The notes below the pieces were generated by a model, which worked only from the letters and a program-made list of their open reading frames with translations, was not told the DNA's origin and did not search any database. A stretch of 64,000 bases of DNA, taken from positions 67,332,001 through 67,396,000 of the forward strand of contig OZ360238.1 of NCBI GenBank assembly GCA_977017645.1, written 5' to 3'. This DNA is from Torpedo marmorata. Taxonomy: Eukaryota. This document shows, one piece after another, positions 1-9,501 of this stretch (position 1 is the stretch's first letter; each line of letters begins with the position of its first letter). The translations under genes were made by a program, and so were the position numbers.

Positions 1-351
1 TACGGATGAGGACACCCAGCAAGGATGTATGACAGCCTCATCTCTATCCATCTTTATTTTCTCTCACCTAATCCTACCCGCTGACATCTCTGTCAGGATT
101 CTTCAAAATTGGATTTGAGTTTAAATTACATATTTGCTGGGTTTTCAGTTTTTCTATTCCCTGAACAAATAGAAAATCAATATGTTGAAGCAACGGTATG
201 TGAGAGGAGGAAAAGTATGGTTGTTTCATCTTCCTTATAAATTTCATTTTTCAGATTGACCATGCCAAAGTTGCAATAATGGAAACCTGATATTAATTAC
301 TGAAATTATGAAATGTATCTCCAAGGTTAATGATTCCTCGTGTTCCTTCCT

Positions 352-803
352 AACCCTCCCCATTATTGAGTACATCTACAGGGAACGCTGCCGTTGGAGA
401 GCAGCAGCAATCATCAAAGACCGACACCACCCAGCACACGCTCTGTTCTCGCTGCTGCCATCAGGAGAGAGGTATAGGTGCCACAAGACTCGCACCACCA
501 GGTTCAGGAACAGCTGCTACCCCTCCACCATCAGAATCCTCAACGACAGTCAAATCAGAGACTTATTTAAGGACTCTTACTTGTGCACTTTATTGATTTT
601 TCTTTGCTCTCTCTGTATTGCACAGTTTGTTTACATTCGTTACCTGTTAGCAGTTCTTTTGATTGTTTACATGTTTACGCTGTGTACAGTTTTTTTTTTG
701 CACTACCAATTAGTGGTAATACTGCCGCGCCCGCAGGAAAAAAGAATCTCAGGGTTGTATGTGACGTCATGTATGTACTCTGACAATAAATCTGAAATCT
801 GAA
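352..803 (+). mobile_element. Rex1/Babar-type LINE 3' fragment (ORF C-terminus, 3' UTR, tail)
   Basis: Translates as ...AAAIIKDRHHPAHALFSLLPSGERYRCHKTRTTRFRNSCYP, typical of the Rex1 RT C-terminus; ends GACAATAAATCTGAAATCTGAA; near-identical copies at 56.9-57.3k, 60.5-61.4k and 63.4-63.7k. Confidence 0.85.
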
Positions 804-942
804 CAATAATCAGTATGATTCCATTGTTACCAAATCATCCATTCAAGATCCAGCATGCAATTAAAGTAAAGTGAACACAGATTTGTATTCAAATTTTCCC
901 ACTGCTGAGAGACAATAGTGGGAAAACAAAGGTGATCATCCC

Positions 943-1146
943 GCACAATATAAAAAATGTGCTGGAGAAACTCAGCAGGTCATGCAGCATCCTTAGGAAG
1001 TGAAGGGTAACCAACATTTCAGGCCTGGGCACTTCATCGTTCCAGGCCCAAAGCAATGGTTACCTTTTACTTCCTCAGGATGTTGCATGACCTGCTGAGT
1101 TTCTCCAGTGCATTTGTGCATTGCACTTGACCCCAGCATCTGCAAG
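943..1146. mobile_element. Penelope-derived palindromic (foldback) repeat
   Basis: GCTGGAGAAACTCAGCAGGTCATGCAGCATCC and its inverted copy GGATGTTGCATGACCTGCTGAGTTTCTCCAG; same motif flanks the GIY-YIG fragment at 45.0-45.4k. Confidence 0.7.
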
Positions 1147-1725
1147 CTTTCTTGATTAGTGGGGATCATCCAGCCTTCTTTTGCATGTAATCAGCTGTTA
1201 AGTGGCAACCTGCGACATGCACAAAACAGGTAGGAGAAATTCAGACATTAACCCAAAATGTGGTCAGAGGCAAGGCACATTATTGTGGTTACATCTACTT
1301 CAAATTTCTTGAGGCCTTATGAGCTTTAATATAAAGATTTATTTCAGTGCAACACAACGTAAAGGCCTCAATGGAATATACGAACAGATCAAAAATTGCA
1401 CGTCAATCCATTTGAGGAATCCTCACCAAGGAATGCAGAGGAAATACAGTAAATGATTAATTAGAATATTAATTTATTGTAAAATCAAGTTTGAAAACAA
1501 AGTGATAGAAGTATGAGAGGACATAAAAAGAGGCAGTGGTGGATTAACTACCACCCGGGCCCTAGGCTGAGCTTTAGTAAGCCCCCCCCTGACATTGCCC
1601 CATGGCCCCCACCCTTCGTTGAATAGAATAAAGAGAAATTGTTCCATTTGGGCGTGATGCCCTCACATATTCTAAATTTATCTGCCGGGTATGTGCTGGG
1701 AATACACCAGTTGGTGTTTGGTTGT

Positions 1726-1830
1726 GGAATCGGACATTTTGGTGCTGGACATTTTGCCGAAAAAAATGACTTTTGTAGCCCCTCGGACATTTTGGCGTCC
1801 GCAGTTTGGCGCCGGCTCTCGCATTTGGCA
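1726..1830. repeat. GGACATTTTG motif cluster, possibly the terminus of a nested MULE/foldback-type element
   Basis: GGACATTTTG three times in 1732-1795; inverted counterpart CCAAAATGTCCAGCAC at about 2511-2526. Confidence 0.5.
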
Positions 1831-1960
1831 ACAGACATGGCATGTAATTTATTATAATTTTCATTAAATATAATAAACATTAAGCATTGATTAAAATTGT
1901 TTCTTGGTGCTAACAGTTAGGCTACAACAATTTATTCACTTATTATATTTATTATGAAGC

Positions 1961-2080
1961 GAGGAGCGGCGCTTTCGGTTGTCGTGCGGGACCCTGCACT
2001 CGGGACAGCGGCTGTCGCTCTATCACTTCAAGCTGACCGACATGGCACTACGGGCGCTGGAGGCTTACCAGCGCTTGGCG
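1961..2080 (+). pseudogene. Captured ELL-family (Pol II elongation factor ELL/ELL2-like) exon 1 fragment, copy 1
   Basis: EERRFRLSCGTLHSGQRLSLYHFKLTDMALRALEAYQRLA followed by a phase-0 donor GTGAGT at 2081; resembles the recalled ELL2 N-terminus [36 protein letters not shown]; no in-frame start ATG. Confidence 0.85.
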
Positions 2081-2336
2081 GTGAGTAAGCAGCGGCGGCG
2101 GACGGTGGGAGGGAACTTGTTGCTGAGCCCTTTCGGGGTAGGTCAACGGGACAAGGGGACAGGGGGGAACCGGGTGGAGGGGACCGGATGACAGAGGGGG
2201 ACCGGGAGCGGAGGGTGATCAGGGATCATGAGGGTATCGGTGTCCGGTCCCCAGCCCCGGGACAGCCTGCCTCCGCTACCCCGAAAGGGCTCGGCAACAG
2301 GTTCCCTCCCACCGTTCACCGCCGCCGCTTACTCAC

Positions 2337-2456
2337 TGCCAAGTGCTGGTAAGCCTCCAGCGCCCGTAGTGCCGTGTCGGTCAACTTGACGTGATAGAGC
2401 GACAGCCGCTGTCCCGAGTGCAGGGTCCCGCACGACAGCCCGAAGCGTCGCTCCTC
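2337..2456 (-). pseudogene. Captured ELL-family exon 1 fragment, copy 2 (inverted)
   Basis: EERRFGLSCGTLHSGQRLSLYHVKLTDTALRALEAYQHLA followed by donor GTGAGT (2336-2331); keeps the GLSCG and HVKLT motifs. Confidence 0.85.
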
Positions 2457-2730
2457 GCTTCATAATAAATATAATAAGTGAATAAATTGTTTGTAGCCTA
2501 ACTGTTAGCGCCAAAATGTCCAGCACTAAATTTCATTAAAATCAAACAAAACTTTACCTTACAGAAGCCGTCTGCTAACCCCAAATAATTTGAAAAGTCT
2601 GTTAGTTATAAAAGGATAAATAAAATCAGTTCTAAAAAAACAGTCTCTACAGAATAACACAGGAGAAGGGAGAGTCTTTTTAAAAAATAGTAAACCTCAG
2701 CTCCACAGAAATATAGTGATAGTTAAGAGT

Positions 2731-2791
2731 CTTTCCTCCTGTGGACGCTGCGAGACCTGCTGAGTTTCTCCAGCATTTCCGTGTTTTTACT
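2731..2791. mobile_element. Short Penelope-derived terminal fragment
   Basis: GGACGCTGCGAGACCTGCTGAGTTTCTCCAGCATTTCCGTGTTTTTACT motif. Confidence 0.6.
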
Positions 2792-3510
2792 TTGCAAAAG
2801 AAGCGTGGTGCCCCTCCCCCTCAGGGTGCCCAGCGCGCAGGTGATTGACAGTTTTCATGGCCAAACCCGACTGGGAGAATGGGACACATGGTGGCGATTG
2901 GCCTGGAGGAGGGTCCAAGATAGTGACAGGTTTCCGAAGTCGAGCATTGGTGGAAGATGGGGAGCGGGGATGAGTGGGTGGGCGCTGTGTGTGATGATGT
3001 CATTACGGGAGATCACGTAGTTTAGTTGCAGTTCATGTATTCTTTTTAAGGCGGGCGAGATGGAACAGTTTCTGCACCGCTTTGCATTGTGGGTAAAAAC
3101 ACTGACATCTCTCTTGCTGTGCCCCATGTTAAGAATTCTGCTCTGGCAGCACTGCACCCCTGTGATGGGTGGATCCAGGACTAACGCGAGCCCATATTGA
3201 CATTGATGTACCAGTGGTTGTGACGGGCCCCCTTACCTTCTGGGCCCCTCGGCTTCAGCCTACTCAGCCTAATGGTTAATCCACCACTGGACAGAGATAG
3301 ATTCTTTTGGCAGTAATTAATGTTTTTCATGCTATTTAAATAACAGCTTCCATTAAGATGACACCTTAGATAAAGCAAAATTTGCTGAGGTACTTCACAG
3401 GAGCTCTGTCAAATAAAAACAAAACTGATGGTACATAGTGAGATATTTGAGCACATGATGTAAAATGGTCAAGGTGTTTCAATTTAACATCGGAGAGTTG
3501 GAAACATTTA

Positions 3511-4106
3511 TATTACGGTGACTTCGATCCAACAATAGTCACCTGGAGGCTAAGTGAGATACTTGTCTTTGACGCGTTTTAATTAATTTACTAACAAAGT
3601 CCAATATGTTCAAAACCTTTATTTACACACGTGACTTGCAGTAATCTTCAATGACTTTAATATAAACAGTTCTTGTAAACGATGTATGATGATTTTCTTT
3701 AAATGATTCTTCAAACAATTCCAAAACGATATGAAACGATGTAAAACGATGTAAAAAGTTATAAAACGCTGTAAAGACGGTCAATAAAGATGTGGAGACC
3801 TCACTCACCCTCCTAACATCTCCATCTTTCCTTTATTCTATTCCTTTCCTATTCTACCCGATTCGCGCATGCTCCGTCGCTCCCCTAACACTGCGCACCC
3901 TCCACCGCGCACACTACATCTCCCAGACTGCACCGCGCACAATGACGTCACTCCAAACTGCGCATGCGCCCGTCGGCACTCCAGCGCATGTGCAGAGCAC
4001 AGAACGGGCCGAGAACGGCCCACAGACAACGCGAGCGCTCCGAACGGGCCGACGAGACATCGGAGCGCCGCAACAATGGTAAGTTAACGAGCCTACGGCT
4101 CTTACA
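3511..4106 (-). repeat. BEL 3' LTR
   Basis: Direct repeat of 8906-9501; reads TGTAAG...GTAATA on the minus strand; internal AAACGATGTA repeats and a CpG-rich segment. Confidence 0.95.
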
Positions 4107-4314
4107 CCGGCCCCTAATTATTATAATTAGACGTAATGTCTTGAATAATAATTACACTATAAATTATAAATAACAATAACCATAACATTCAAACAATACA
4201 AATCTTCTTTCTTCCTTCTTCATAAACCCAGAGTTTACCATAACTCTGAATCAACAAAAGTCTGTAACCTGTGAAATATACAACAACAAATAAAGTCAGT
4301 TTATGTTTATCAAA

Positions 4315-4495
4315 GTTCCTCTGTCTCCAACAAAAGACAGACCTTGTTAATAGGTCTGTTTAGAAAACCAGTCTTAGCTTTAATTCACACTTGACGCACA
4401 AGTCCTCTTTTGTCTTGAAAAGTCTCAATAATTTTTCCAAATAACCAGGAGTTTCTTGAAGTCGAATTATCCATAATAATCACAATGTCTCTTTA
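4315..4495 (-). pseudogene. Remnant of the BEL post-integrase C-terminal domain (DUF5641-like)
   Basis: DIVIIMDNSTSRNSWLFGKIIETFQDKRGLVRQV*IKAKTGFLNRPINKVCLLLE; internal stop; lies downstream of the ORF stop at 4530. Confidence 0.8.
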
Positions 4496-4529
4496 AAGCT
4501 CTTTTATCTCCATAATCTGAGTTAAAACG

Positions 4530-6011
4530 TCAACCAGTAAACCTCAAATCTTCCTCAGACAAAATAGATACAGTTTTTCTTTTGAATTTAACACAAGGCA
4601 CTTCTTCAGCATGTCGTTTCACTTTATTCCTTTCTTCAGTATTCCATTTCTCATGTGAAGAATTTAAACTCTTAGGATTAGAATTTGAATATTTATTTGA
4701 TCCTTTCGATTTTAAACAGGTCTGTTTAAACACTCTGGTTTCTATGGCTCTTTCCTGCAATTCTAAATCCAATTTTGCAACTTTCAATTCAGTCTCAGTT
4801 CTTTCCGAGAAATTAATAATTTGATCTGAAGTCAAAATATCATGTGATACGTTGATATTTTCATTGTCAATCCTGTTGCGACAAACTTGAAATTTTTTAA
4901 TTTCTTCATCTTGTTTGTTACATTTCTGCAATGCAATATCACATTCTTTCTGCATTGTTAATTGTTGAACATTCAATTTACATTCTTGATTGGTTTTTAA
5001 AGTCAACTGTTTTGTGTTATTAACCAATAACTTGTTCTCTTTTAAAACATTAATCTCTTCCTCCAACCTTTTACATTTTGATAATGCTGAATCTCTTTCC
5101 TCAATAACTGTATTCATTTCTTCAGCAGTTATTCTTTTCTTCCGCTTTCTGACTTTGCGAGTTTTATTTACAATTAAATCTTTCTGTTTACTGTTTTCTT
5201 GATTATCTAATATTTCCAATTCCCCTTTCAACATTTTGTTCTCTGGATTCAATTGCATTAAATTATCATTCACATTATTCTTTATTCCATCAGCACAATT
5301 TTCTGTGTTCTCCAGTTTTACATCACATTGTAACCTTTCTTCATTAGCTTTGTCTGTTGTAATCTCTGAACTACAAAATCTACATTCAGATTTGTTTTCA
5401 GTCACTTGTTTTATTCCTGTATCTGATTCAATTACACATGAATAATCAATAGTATTATTTGCAACATCTTCTAATACTTCACTTTCATCTATTTCTGACG
5501 AAATTAATTCTTTCAATGTTGTTTTAAATACCATTGATTTATTTTCACATTGATCTGTTTTCTTTTCTTCAAAAGTGATTTTCTTATTCACAGTTTTTTG
5601 CTCTTCGCTTAACTCTTCAACTTTCACAACCGAAATTCTATTAATATTTATCGCTACCTGTTCCTGAGCAATATCATTATTTCTTTCCATTGGTCCATTG
5701 ATTGTCCAACCAAGTATGGTTTTAACAGCATAAGGTCCATTCCTTTTACTCTCTATTACTTCTTTTGGTACCAAAATCTTTGGCACATCTGAACCAATCA
5801 GCATTTCTATCTCAGAATTAATTTCAGGTAAATAAACCTTCCACAGATAAGCTAAATGATGGATATCCCTTTGATGAGGAATATTTCCTTCATTCACAGG
5901 CATAGTCTTCTGAGTATATACACTTGGAAGATCACAAAAAATTTTGTCATCCAATCCAGCAACCTCTAAGCCTGAAACAATGTTAGTTTCAACAACCTTT
6001 TCTTGTCCCAT
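4530..6011 (-). CDS. BEL protease C-terminal part fused to an acidic linker and a MIPOL1-like coiled coil (493 aa)
   Basis: N-terminal LIGSDVP...GPYAVKTILGWTINGP is the BEL protease tail; no YxDD, RNaseH or DDE motifs; NPENKML...RITAEEMNTVIEERDSALSKCKRLEEEI resembles recalled vertebrate MIPOL1. Confidence 0.8.
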   Translation of the reverse strand: MGQEKVVETNIVSGLEVAGLDDKIFCDLPSVYTQKTMPVNEGNIPHQRDIHHLAYLWKVYLPEINSEIEMLIGSDVPKILVPKEVIESKRNGPYAVKTILGWTINGPMERNNDIAQEQVAININRISVVKVEELSEEQKTVNKKITFEEKKTDQCENKSMVFKTTLKELISSEIDESEVLEDVANNTIDYSCVIESDTGIKQVTENKSECRFCSSEITTDKANEERLQCDVKLENTENCADGIKNNVNDNLMQLNPENKMLKGELEILDNQENSKQKDLIVNKTRKVRKRKKRITAEEMNTVIEERDSALSKCKRLEEEINVLKENKLLVNNTKQLTLKTNQECKLNVQQLTMQKECDIALQKCNKQDEEIKKFQVCRNRIDNENINVSHDILTSDQIINFSERTETELKVAKLDLELQERAIETRVFKQTCLKSKGSNKYSNSNPKSLNSSHEKWNTEERNKVKRHAEEVPCVKFKRKTVSILSEEDLRFTG

Positions 6012-8517
6012 GGTTTTTTAACATAATTCTTGATCTTTTTCCTTGAATATTAAGTTTATTCATTAGTCCTTCCGTGCAAAAAGATGCAGTGCTGCCTGGG
6101 TCTAAAAATGCATATGTGTTTACTATTACATCCCCTTTCTTGGCCTTGACTTGTACAGGCACTATTGAAAGTTTGCAGTTATTCACCCCGGCCCCAGTAA
6201 GACCACTTGTCTGAACCGAGGTTATAACATTATTTTCTGTTGTTTCCTTTGTTTCTGTTTGCTCCTTTTCCAATTCCTTGTTTCTGTTATGGATATGCAA
6301 AATTCTAGGATGTTTCAAATTGCATATGTTACAATTAATTCGCTTCTCGAAGTTTTTACTGATGTGCCCTTTACACAGACAGCTAAAACATATTCCATTT
6401 TCCTTTAAGAAAGCGATCTTTTCCTTATGTTCCTTCTTTTCCAATCGTAAACACATTTCCAAAGCATGTCCACCTTTACAGAACAAACAACTCTTTTCAT
6501 TAGGCAAACTTTCCTTTTCCTTATTTACTTTGTCATTTTCTTTACTTATAACTTGCACATTAGTAGCAAAAGTACTCCTTTTTAATTTCGGACTAGACTG
6601 TGTGTTAGACTTCTTTACATCTTTGCCCATTGAATTATCTCTGGTATTTCCATATAGTGGATCTGTTTCAACGTACACTTGTCGTTCAAGAAAATTTACC
6701 AAATCCTTTAAGGCAATTTTTCGACCATAATTTATTTGTAAATCACAAGCCAAATTTCTCCATCTATCCCATAACTTGTAAGATAATTTTTCTAAGATGA
6801 TTCGCATATTACTATGCACTTCAAGCTCACGAATATTATCGATTTCTTCCATAGCATTACAACATCCTCTTAAAAACAAATTATATTCTTGCAGAGCCTT
6901 TACATCATTTTGTTTTATTGATGTCCATTTAAGAGCTTTATCCATATAAGCTAAAGCAATTCGATGTTTGTTGCCAAAATATTGTTCCAATAAAGCCTTA
7001 GCTTTGTCTAATCCTCTTTTTGAAGACATTTGTTTACAACTCTTTACCAGTTCTTTTGGATGTCCCTTTGTGAACATTTCCAAATAATAAAGACATTCAT
7101 CACGATCTTGGCATTTATCTTCAATATTGTGTTTGAAAGATCTCATAAATGATTGATATTGAAGTGGATCACCATCAAAAGTTTGTATCTCTTTCTTGGG
7201 TAAAGAAGAGAGAGACTGTAACTGAAACAATGATGCAGCAATTTCATTTTGTCTTTCCTTGGACGACAATACATTGCTCTGTTCACCGTCTCTTGTTGCA
7301 TGCAATGTATCTGGAAACCTCACTGGTGTAGTTTCTTCCATATTTCTGATGCTTGACTCATATAACAAAGAAGCTGCTTCGTTCGACTGAACCCAAGCCG
7401 CAGCTTTGCTTTCAGATGTTACTATTGGTACATGTGACTCGATACCAATATGCTCTTGAAAGGTTTGTCCTTGTATATGTAAGTTTTGTATCCTTGGTTC
7501 TAAAATATCTATCCTTTTGGTTGGTTTCTTTTCCTGTGACTCCTTTTTTAAATATGACCTTTTATTATCAGACAATTTAGATAATTTACTGCTAGCACCA
7601 GATACCATTGAGCCTTTTATTGCTTTCTTTTTTGCCTTGGCAATAGCAATGTTTGCTTCCAGCTCCTGCTTTTCTTTTCTCTGCCTTAGCTGCTCCTTCT
7701 CTTGTCTTAGCTGCTCCATTAGCTGCTTCTCATTTTGTCTTAGCTGCTCCTCCTCTTGTCTTAGCTGCTCCTTTAGCTGCTTCTCATTTTGTCTTATCTG
7801 CTCCTCCTTTTGTCTTAGCTGCTCCTTTAGCTGCTTCTCATTTTGTCTTATCTGCTCCTCCTTTTGTCTTAGCTGCTCCTTTAGCTGCACCTCCTTTTGT
7901 CTTATCTGCTCCTCCTTTTGTTCTAAAATATGTTTCTCCTTAAGCATTTTTTGTTGTGCAAAAAGTGTGGCCAAGTCAACTTCAATCTTTGTATGTGACG
8001 ATGCAGAACTTGAAGTACGAGAAACTCTGGAGCTCGAACCAGAACTTCTTTTGCTTCTCCTGCTTTCAGCATTTGAGACACTGTCACTTGCTTGTATTTC
8101 GTCCTGCAGTTCATATGTTGTCTTCATACTTACCTCTTTATCCAATTCGAATTGTATATCCTTTGCATCTTCAATCACTTTAATTTCTTCAACATTTGGT
8201 GACACAATTTCAGCCATTTCCACGTTATCTTCTTGTTCAACTAATGAAGCTGCCTCTTCATCCTTTGCCTGCTTCAATCTTTCGATAAGAGCCCTTTTAT
8301 TTCCACTTATGTCCTTTTTCAGTCGCTTCAATTCTTCTTTAATATCCGAAACCTTCATGTCTTCAATACGTTGGTCCTCAACAGCAACATCAGCGGTTGC
8401 TGCGTCAGCTGCTGATACATCAGTAGCTGCTGTATCAGAGGCTGCTGCGGCCATTTTACTCGTCTTGTTCCTCTTTCCTTCAAGCATACACAACACTAGC
8501 CAAACAACAGTCCCCAA
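5989..8517 (-). CDS. BEL gag-protease: SAP-like N-terminus, heptad repeats, DUF1759-like capsid, Zn knuckles, aspartic protease
   Basis: FDGDPLQYQSF capsid motif; CLFCKGGHALEMC, CFSCLCKGH and CNICNLKHPRILH knuckles; YAFLDPGS active site; frameshift at an A6 run near 6013-6018. Confidence 0.9.
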   Translation of the reverse strand: MGTVVWLVLCMLEGKRNKTSKMAAAASDTAATDVSAADAATADVAVEDQRIEDMKVSDIKEELKRLKKDISGNKRALIERLKQAKDEEAASLVEQEDNVEMAEIVSPNVEEIKVIEDAKDIQFELDKEVSMKTTYELQDEIQASDSVSNAESRRSKRSSGSSSRVSRTSSSASSHTKIEVDLATLFAQQKMLKEKHILEQKEEQIRQKEVQLKEQLRQKEEQIRQNEKQLKEQLRQKEEQIRQNEKQLKEQLRQEEEQLRQNEKQLMEQLRQEKEQLRQRKEKQELEANIAIAKAKKKAIKGSMVSGASSKLSKLSDNKRSYLKKESQEKKPTKRIDILEPRIQNLHIQGQTFQEHIGIESHVPIVTSESKAAAWVQSNEAASLLYESSIRNMEETTPVRFPDTLHATRDGEQSNVLSSKERQNEIAASLFQLQSLSSLPKKEIQTFDGDPLQYQSFMRSFKHNIEDKCQDRDECLYYLEMFTKGHPKELVKSCKQMSSKRGLDKAKALLEQYFGNKHRIALAYMDKALKWTSIKQNDVKALQEYNLFLRGCCNAMEEIDNIRELEVHSNMRIILEKLSYKLWDRWRNLACDLQINYGRKIALKDLVNFLERQVYVETDPLYGNTRDNSMGKDVKKSNTQSSPKLKRSTFATNVQVISKENDKVNKEKESLPNEKSCLFCKGGHALEMCLRLEKKEHKEKIAFLKENGICFSCLCKGHISKNFEKRINCNICNLKHPRILHIHNRNKELEKEQTETKETTENNVITSVQTSGLTGAGVNNCKLSIVPVQVKAKKGDVIVNTYAFLDPGSTASFCTEGLMNKLNIQGKRSRIMLKNHGTRKGC
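7680..7920 (-). repeat. Coding tandem repeat in gag (EQLRQ/EQIRQ coiled-coil units)
   Basis: Repeated TTGTCTTA(G/T)CTGCTCCT units on the + strand. Confidence 0.9.
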
Positions 8518-8905
8518 TGGACCAGCGGCAGCAATTCCAATCTGTGTTCTTACTTGCTAAAGATACACAGAAGGAGTCCACAGACTTATGCCTACCACTT
8601 CAAATGACTGTAATGTGCTGCTATCCACAAACGAGTTTCAACCACAACATCCGTCAATAATATCACTAATTTTCCAAAAATAGTTTCTCCAACGTATTTA
8701 TAGGACACTTTACTATAAGATTTGAAGCTTTAAATCCCTCTCTGGCTGTTATTCATGGCAGATGGATGTGGATTACAAACTGCCCCCAACTCGAGGCATC
8801 TCCAAGATGGCCACCATTTTATATATCAGTCCAAAGCACAGAGAGTTTTTTCTATCTTCTTTCTTTCAAACTTCTGTTCCAAAACAGCCAGCTCTTTATT
8901 GACTA

Positions 8906-9501
8906 TATTACGGTGACTTCGATCCAACAATAGTCACCTGGAGGCTAAGTGAGTTACTTGTCTTTGACGCGTTTTAATTAATTTACTAACAAAGTCCAAT
9001 ATGTTCAAAACCTTTATTTACATACGTGACTTGCAGTAATCTTCAATGACTTTAATATAAACAGTTCTTGTAAACGATGTATGATGATTTTCTTTAAATG
9101 ATTCTTTAAACAATTCCAAAACGATATGAAACGATGTAAAACGATGTAAAAAGTTATAAAACGCTGTAAAAACGGTCAATAAAGATGTGGAGACCTCACT
9201 CACCCTCCTAACATCTCCATCTTTCCTTTATTCTATTCCTTTCCTATTCTACCCGATTCGCGCATGCTCCGTCGCTCCCCTAACACTGCGCACCCTCCAC
9301 CGCGCACACTACATCTCCCAGACTGCACCGCGCACAATGACGTCACTCCAAACTGCGCATGCGCCCGTCGGCACTCCAGCGCATGCGCAGAGCACAGAAC
9401 GGGCCGAGAACGGCCCACAGACAACGCGAGCGCTCCGAACGGGCCGACGAGACATCGGAGCGCCGCAACAATGGTAAGTTAACGAGCCTACGGCTCTTAC
9501 A
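8906..9501 (-). repeat. BEL 5' LTR
   Basis: Direct repeat of 3511-4106; followed on the minus strand by TAGTCAATAAAG. Confidence 0.95.

Larger units (their letters stand above)
1904..2514. repeat. Long inverted repeat: arms 1904-2141 and 2276-2514, about 134-bp spacer
   Basis: Arms are reverse complements over about 238 bp with scattered substitutions. Confidence 0.95.
1534..3289. mobile_element. Non-autonomous hAT-like DNA transposon carrying host sequence (Pack-TIR)
   Basis: Perfect 15-bp TIRs CAGTGGTGGATTAAC (1534-1548) and GTTAATCCACCACTG (3275-3289); GGGCCC-rich subtermini; no transposase ORF; flanking 8-mers AAAAGAGG/GACAGAGA match 5/8, possibly a decayed TSD. Confidence 0.8.
3511..9501 (-). 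mobile_element. BEL/Pao LTR retrotransposon, non-autonomous (no RT/RNaseH/integrase core), young insertion
   Basis: Two 596-bp LTRs with about 5 substitutions by eye; 5-bp TSD ATTTA (3506-3510 / 9502-9506); PPT-like TTAGGGGCCGG before the 3' LTR; BEL-type gag, protease and C-terminal domain. Confidence 0.95.

Noticed and set aside
1979-2191. Functional ELL gene
   Set aside because: No in-frame ATG, duplicated as a palindrome inside TIRs, no later exons
3725-3785. CRISPR-like or regulatory array (AAACGATGTA repeats)
   Set aside because: Short tandem repeats inside the LTR with no spacers; eukaryotic context
7517-8560. 347-aa Cys/Ser-rich ORF on the + strand
   Set aside because: Antisense shadow of the repetitive BEL gag coiled coil
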